64,000 nucleotides of DNA from Callorhinchus milii (lineage: Eukaryota): positions 62,186,001 to 62,250,000 of the forward strand of contig NW_024704746.1 in assembly GCF_018977255.1 (NCBI RefSeq). Reading direction: 5' to 3'. Made by a program: the position numbers and the translations under genes. Position 1 is the first letter of the stretch. The number at the start of each line of letters is the position of its first letter. Under the pieces are notes generated by a model that searched no databases, had not been told where the DNA came from, and saw only the letters and a program-made list of their open reading frames with translations. Below are positions 56,966-64,000 of this stretch, one piece after another.

Positions 56966-58814
56966 CCGCAAGTAGAAGGGGAAAAAAAAAGCAATCAACC
57001 ACTTTAATAGGGGAGAGGAACAGAGATAACTGGAGCAGAATTGCAGGAGACAAAAAGGCAAATTGAGTTGGTCTGTGGGCAGTTTCAAATTTAACTATTC
57101 ACTTCAATTTATCTGAAGTATTTGATGCAAACAGCTCACATTCAATCGAATAAAAAGGACAAGGTCCTCAGAACTTTTAAGGCCACAGAACACCAACAGT
57201 GTATGCTCTATTCCAAAAATGTAACTTTATAATCTGAAAAACCAGAGGCAAACATCAAAACCTGGTTAAAAACTTTGCACTGCTCCCATAGTAATGTTAA
57301 GAGTGGCCCCTTGAATAACTTTCAATGAACATTTTTGGATTGAGGCATTAGGAAAACGTGAAGGGAAAAAAAACATTTCAACCCCAATTATTGAAATATT
57401 GTATTCCTAGTGAAAGCGAGGTCTGACTTCTTTCCCAGAGCAAAAATGCAGATTAATGCCCTACCCTTTCCAACATACTTGGCACTTAAATTCATTTTTT
57501 TTTTAAAAAACTGTAGAGCCATGAGCAGAACTATAAAAGATCTGCTAAGTAAAATTTGTATTTTTAGTATGGTTTTGTTTAGATTCCTTCAACTGAATTT
57601 CAATCAAAATGTTAACAGTTTGAATTGGAGCACACAATTCTAAAATTAGATTACGGTTCTTACTCTAATCTTCCACGTTCCTTCACACACAGTGGTCTAA
57701 GAGAGCAAAATACAGTCATGGATATATATAGATATATTCAACAACAAGATTACCTTTGTATAGCGCCTTTCACGTCGGGAGGACGTCCCAACTATTTGAC
57801 AGGCTAAAAAAGCCCCCTCTAGTTTTGTGCACCAGGTCAGTTGTAAAATAATGGGGATTAAAATACAATAACTGTACTTTATAAAACTCAAACTTCCCCT
57901 TCACGCCACCTCATTGTGAGTACAGTAACACATTCTGCTTGGTGCCTCTTCTATAATCAACCAGTGAAATAACTGTTGGATGATACAATGTACTATTCAG
58001 TAGCACAGTGCAATGACTCTTCACTCTGCCATCCAGTACAACTTCAAGAACGGTTCATCTCCAACCGCAGTAAAACTCAACAGCGCTAACGTTCAGCTAA
58101 AGAGCAAGCTTCTTTGTACATTATCAAATTTTACATTTTGACCCAACATTTCTGAGTAATATGACCCAAGAAATTTCCACCCCAAATTCAACTTAAAAGC
58201 TTTTATTTTTTATTCATAGGTAAGCTATTACCTTAGACACATCAAGCTTTGTTTCAATATGACCAAAATCTTTACTCAGCTCACCAACGCCCACCCATAG
58301 ACCACAGAAGGCATATGTGACTGCTCACGAATTCTGCTCTGAGGTTTTTGCGATAAACTTGACATCCCACGCACTCACTTCCTTTACTTATAGACTGTAC
58401 ATTCATAGCTAACAAAGGAATCACAGGGGAGGGATAGAAACGAGAGAAAGATTAAATATAAATGATCTTACTTAGAAAGTTGTATTCACGGATCCCCATA
58501 CTAAAGTTAATATCAAAATTACAATTGAAGAAAAAAAAATCTAATCTCGATCCAGTGACAAATTGTTTGAAGGGAACGTGCTTCAACGTCTTTACATTTC
58601 ACTTTGTCAAGAGTCACATTTTTCCCCGTGATTAATAATAATCGTTGAGACGTCTCAAAGTGTTTCACAGAATATACTGTAAAGTGAATGAACTGTATAA
58701 TTTGTGGACAAAACATCCACAAAAGATTAACAGAAAAAGAGTGGCAAGAAAATCTGGTTTAGAGGTATTTGCAAACACGCGTTGCAACGCACTGCGTCTC
58801 CCGCCCCCGCACAG

Positions 58815-59060
58815 TCACACGGCCTTTTCTCAGGGCTTTATCCTCTCCTCTTAACTATCTATATGCCCCCGCTCGGTGATATCACCCACAGACATGGGGT
58901 TCACTTTCACCTGTATGAGACCCAACTCTGCCTCCACTCTCAACTCCAGGAACACTGCTGTTCTGACTGACTGCTTGACTGACATCAAGTTGTGGATGAG
59001 CTCTAAGTTTCTTCAATTAAATGTTGACAAGATTGAGGCTCTCCTGTTTGGCTCCCATTC
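58815..59060 (+). mobile_element. L2 RT fragment
   Basis: LLLTIYMPPLGDITHRHGVHFHLY and [28 protein letters not shown]. Confidence 0.9.
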
Positions 59061-59984
59061 GTGCTTTCTCATCTCAAGCACCAACAGTCAAACCTGTATG
59101 GGTGCTGAAAAAAAAATGTTTGACAACCACTAGCCTGGAATACGAGTTCAAAATCCTGATGTGGGACTTGAACCAACAACCTTCTGCTCGAGGCGAGAGT
59201 GCTATCAATTAAGTCACGTAAAATACGTGGTGATGAAAGGAATAGTCAATATTTCCATATCTACTGAGCACAAAGTGCCTGTGGTATATAGACTCTCAAA
59301 TAAAGTGTGTTTAGTAAAAAAGAAATTTTGTGTCCCAACAGTACTATAAAATGTGCCTTTATTGCCCTTTTCAGTTTTTTTAAAAAAAATTGTGTACAAT
59401 GGAACTTTAGAGAATGTAGGTAAATCTTGGGGTTGATGGATGGAGGCAATTTCTTGAGTACGTCTCAGCATAGTTGGCCTTATTTCTTGCTTCATGACAC
59501 TGGACCCAAATTTAGTGGTGATTCCTGTGTGGCTGTACAAAGTGTTATCTGGGAAACTGGTCAGATTTAAGATGGGCAGAAACACACAGTTACAGTATTT
59601 TGCATTTCCATGTTTAGTGTCTGGATAGAATCCTTTCCTTCAAAATTAAACTTAAAATTTGTTAACTGGAATTGTAATGTTATCAGTGGTTGCAGAGGAC
59701 AGAGATTTCCAGCTTTTTACATTATTGTAAACCAAACTAAATGCATTTACTAAATGAGCTTGGAGCTTTGAGAGGAGATGTCACCCATGCAAATACTATT
59801 TCACTCAAGGGTTTGTTTACAAAGAGTGCAACCTTGGATTGCTTTCCGCTACTATTTATCTGTATTTACTGTACAGTCCACCGCTGTGGGCTGTGTAATA
59901 TGGAGCAAAGCGTAAATGGGAATAAGGCTCCGTGAAAAGTGAAGCTGTTCTTTGTGTGTTACTTTTGCAGTGTAAAAATGTGTG

Positions 59985-60240
59985 TCAGTCTGACTCAGTG
60001 GTAATGCTTTCGCTTCAGTCAGAGGTTGCGGGTTCAAGCCCCAAGTCGGGACTTGGAATCACATAGTCTAAGCTAAAACTCCAATGCAGTGTTGGTGGTG
60101 CTGCATTATCAGAAGTGCCGTACTTCGGATGAGCTGTTAAACCAAGGTTCTGTTTGCCTGTTCAGGTGGATGTAAACGATCCTGCAGTACTATTCTAAAA
60201 GAGAAGAGAGTTTCTCCCAGTGTCCTGGCCAACAATCCAG
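59985..60240 (+). mobile_element. DeuSINE-type element (5' two thirds)
   Basis: ctcagtggtaatgctttcgc..agtcagaggttgcgggttcaagccc...cggatgagctgttaaacc...cagtgtcctggccaaca. Confidence 0.85.
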
Positions 60241-60259
60241 TGCACAATACGATGTGATA

Positions 60260-61096
60260 ATCACCCCTCCCTCTACACTTTTGAACCCGTCCCCCCTCCT
60301 CTCTCATCACCACCATAAACCGTATGAAACCCACCATCTGCTCCCTCGACCCCATCCCTAACCCCCTCCATTACCCCCCATCTCCATTTACTTGCCCTTC
60401 TACTCATTGACATTGTTAACCTCTCCCTGTCCTCTGTACTGTTCCCACCCCTTTAAAAAACACTGTCATCATTCCTATCCTTAAAAAAAACCCTCCCTGG
60501 ACCCTTCTCTCCTCCCTAACTACTGCCCCATCTCCAACCTCTCCTTCCTCTCAGCTTCACTCCTTCCTCTCCCGTTACTCCCTTCTCGAACCCCTCCAAT
60601 CAGGCTTCCGTCCCGCCCACAGCACAGAAACCGCCCTGGTCAAAGTGACAAATGACATTGTGTCCATCTGCGACCGGAACTCCCTCTGCCTCCTCGTCCT
60701 CTTTGATCGCTCTGCTGCTTTTGACACCGTGGACCACTCTATCCTCATCCACTGGCTCTCCTCTCACCTCAACCTCCACTATGCTGTCCTTGATTGGTTC
60801 AGATTGTACCTCTCACACCGCCTGCATCTTCTCGAACGACTTCTCCTTTAGCCCCTTGACTGTCTCATGCCTTCTGGCCCCACCCTCTGGAACTCCATCC
60901 CGCATTCCCTCCGTCTCACTCCCTCCCTCCCCACCTTCAAGACCCACCTCAAGGACCGTGCTTTCGAGCTCCCCGCTTCCCCGCCCCCCTGCCCTCCCCC
61001 ACCCCAATCCTCAGCTCAGCAATTCTGTCTGTCCAGCGCCTTGGACGTCCTCCCGACGTGAAAGGCGCTATACACACATAGTTGTGTTGTTGTTGT
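60260..61096 (+). mobile_element. L2 LINE fragment (internally deleted RT plus 3' end)
   Basis: QSGFRPAHSTETALVKVTNDI...SAAFDTVDHSILI, followed by the tail and a (TTG)n end. Confidence 0.93.
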
Positions 61097-61319
61097 GAGA
61101 GTATCTTTCAGTTTTAAAACTGTTATAACCATTAATACAATTTGTTTAATTACAAGTCTTGAACTCTAGCATTATTACTGATTTATCTCATTTGCTTTGA
61201 AATGTGGAAGAGTGAACAGATGCTAAGAGAACTGCAGGTGTTGCAATGAGGTATCTTTCTGAATTATGGATTGTTGGTTGTGACTGCAATTGCTTGGCCT
61301 ATTTATATTCTACTACTTT

Positions 61320-62400
61320 GCATTCAATAAATTGCCAGTCTGTTCCAGTGTCAGGAATAACAGTATGCATATTTTGTGTGCAAATCCAAGTTAATTGGCT
61401 TCTGCAGAAACAGTTGAGCTTCAATGACAGTAAATCTTAGTCCTTCAGGAAAAACAGAGGAGCGTTTATGTAATTTGAAGAGCAGACCACTTAGAGCAGT
61501 GTGTACCAGCATTGTGTATTGTGGAAGAACAAATGATCGGGGCATATAAACAGTTACTTTGACAAGGATAGATGAGTAGAGAGACACTTGACTCAATGTG
61601 GACAGTCTTATTTTATATGCTCAGTGCTTAATTGCATATCCTGTACAACGGCTCTAGCTATGTATTACAGGAAATATACAATATGCCTGATACATGCACT
61701 TTGAAGCATTTTCACTCCTGATAACGCAACCTCGTGAGGAATTTTAATTCTCATTTCACTGTATAACTGTTATACACGTGCACTGTTCTTGAAATAATCT
61801 ACCATCTGTAAAATCAGCCACTATAGTTTTGAAATAATCGCTGGCTGCAGTTACATACAGTAAGGGTATGTTGTCATGCATTTAGCAGCCAAGAGTAGTT
61901 TATATTCATTTTATTGCTAATTCATCAATATTTTGACTGACTGGCAAAACATGATTTTGCTTCAATTCCTGCAGATCCATTTGGCAGCGTAAGATGGCTT
62001 GAAAATGTAACTCAAAACGTTGACAAATGATGTGTTGGACGAAAACTAAATGTTTCTTATGACCAGAAAGAATGATAGGAATGTTCTTCCATGAGCATTG
62101 TTAGCAACTAGATCAAATTTTACAACCTTTTTAAAAAAGTAAATTGACTCTCATTCAAAAAATTAAATTAGGTTACTGGGGCTGAATTGTCCCTTTCTGT
62201 GCTGAAAATGTCCAAAAATTCTACGTGTCACTATTATCGAGTATCAGACCTATAATTTAACTACTTAGGAATCTTAGTTCCAAATGAGTAGTCCTATCAT
62301 TTTTTTGTGAAGTCCCTGACTTTAATTGATTGCCAGAAGTGAAGCTAGGAATTGTCTGTGTGGGGAATATGAAACACTAATCCACAGCAGTCTGTGGAAT
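61320..62400 (+). pseudogene. Decayed multi-ankyrin-repeat coding fossil, antisense within PTPN12 intron 1
   Basis: In-frame MHLAA (H at 61879) and IHLAA (H at 61978) are exactly 33 codons apart and differ at third positions. Further ankyrin-like segments occur in shifting frames, with many stops and frameshifts. Confidence 0.6.
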
Positions 62401-63404
62401 GCTGTAGATATTTTTAGTATTGCTTTTAAAACAATCTTGAGGATTCACACCCTGATCAAAAAGTGTCTAATTTTGAAATCGTGCTCGGAGCTTCTCTTGA
62501 CCTTTACTTTTCTCTGCCTTGATATAGAATGGCTGACATTTTAGCTAATCCTCATAGTTGATCTTCTTCATGGTTTTAAACGTGTGAGACATCAATGTTG
62601 GCCTAAACTTACAAAAGCTGTGATGATATTCTGAAGTTACAATCTGAATTTAGAAATGGGCAAGCTCAGTGTGACTTTTTGTAATCTGTGGTACTTCCCC
62701 ACCCTTCTCGAGCTAGCCGGCACGTGAGGAGAGACAGAGAGGGAAGGAAAGAGAGAGCGAGCATGCCCAAATGGCTATTATTCACTTCAAGGCTGTTTGT
62801 GGAACAATGCTGTGCCACATTCACACATACAGTCACCGCACTTCACAGTACCTCCTGTGAAACACTTTGAAACGTCCTGCTGACATGAAAGGCACAATAC
62901 CAAAAACAAGGATCATTATTAATGTCTTGGTGAAGGATTGAGAAGATTGAAAAGCTCAAAGATCTCTACTGCTGTAAAACCACCCACTCTCCCTTTGCAA
63001 CAGTCTATTCTGTGAAGCGCTTTGAGACGTCTCAAAGACTTAATAAGGCACTATATCAAATGCAAATATATAATAAAGTATTATTATATAACTCTCCCTT
63101 CCTGTGAGAAAACACCAGTACCTACACAGTTACTGCTCTCACCCAATATTAGGGACATAGCATTTGTGAAGCTTTCAAGCACAAACCACTTTATAAACAC
63201 AGGTATTGATTGATTCAGCCAGTTCTAATTTGCTCTCTCTGTCTCCTTCCAGGGATAAGGCTAAGATTTACATAATTGAAAGCAAACCATACAACCAATG
63301 GAACACTTCACTTAGACGGAGAATCGAGTTAAAGACCCGGAAGGGAGATCATTTCAAAACTTCTAATTAAAACTAAGGCACTGGAAAGGATCCAGTCAGA
63401 AGCA

Positions 63405-63525
63405 CTGGTAACACTCCTCACCTCTGTCAGAACACAGGTTCATACTCCCGTTCGGATTTACTCAGTCTCGGCTGATATTCCAGTTCAGTACTAGGGGAAC
63501 ATTGCATCACTGGGGAATGCAGTGT
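63405..63525 (+). mobile_element. Old DeuSINE-type 5' fragment
   Basis: ggtaacactcctcacctctgtcagaa...ggctgatattccagttcagtactagggga. Confidence 0.6.
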
Positions 63526-64000
63526 AGAATCATCAGTAATGAACCATCATCCTCTGCTCTACATTAAAGAATTTCTACATCTTCCACATTTCTTGAGATA
63601 GATCCAGACAAAATAACAGATAGCCATGCAAATAGCAGGTTGTGGAATTTATAAAATGGCCTTGACCTCTCCAGTGGTGCAATAAAAGGCAGGTCATCAC
63701 TTTTTCACCAGAAGACTGAATGAACACAAACCATAATGTCAAACAAAAGACCCTGCAAGGCAAGCTTTCTGTTCACTTCATTTTTCACATTTTAGACATT
63801 TTAAGGTGTAAATAATCCAGTACAAAACAACATTCAACACACCCTGACAAGATCTGACAGACTTGCAAACTTGTTATTTTGGTGCAAAAACCAGTCCAAT
63901 CATGTTCCCCCCAGGACTTACATGGCATTCTGTACATACAGTAAATACACATTTTAATGTTAGTTACAATGTGTAACAAAAGAATGAGTAGCCGGCAGGA

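Noticed and set aside
58472-58500. 29-nt pseudo-exon in intron 1 (tttAG ... GTaaga on the minus strand)
   Set aside because: Weak polypyrimidine tract, frameshifting length and no independent support; such pairs are expected by chance.
9783-61096. Apparent minus-strand bias of L2 fragments inside the gene
   Set aside because: Several + strand L2 fragments and tails also occur, and the numbers are too small to support a bias.
48269-64000. PTPN12 exon 1 or its promoter
   Set aside because: No MEQ...DFM-like coding exon or CpG island found; it must lie beyond position 64000.

Overview
Vertebrate genomic DNA. The SINE, L2 and CR1 repertoire points to a cartilaginous fish, though that is an inference. 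The window is dominated by PTPN12 (PTP-PEST) on the minus strand. I can trace 17 coding exons (exons 2-18, 48268 down to the TGA at 5966), all with GT-AG sites and compatible phases, giving 748 aa. Exon 1 lies beyond the right edge. The 3' UTR runs left from 5965, and the left edge of the window is a CpG-rich island. The introns are filled with a tRNA-derived SINE (two subfamilies), older DeuSINE-type copies, L2 and CR1 LINE 3' fragments, and a few MITE remnants. Four observations stand out: (1) a heavily decayed, apparently intronless multi-ankyrin-repeat coding fossil on the + strand inside PTPN12 intron 1 (about 59.4-62.5 kb); (2) a nested SINE/L2 fossil at the left edge, systematically shifted from AT to GC, whose (ATT)n tail reads (AGG)n; (3) three-state covariation in the 3' stem-loop shared by the SINE and L2; (4) an in-frame skippable exon 14 tightly bracketed by inverted SINEs. 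Almost all ORFs in the supplied track are repeat-derived or chance ORFs. Repeat boundaries are approximate.
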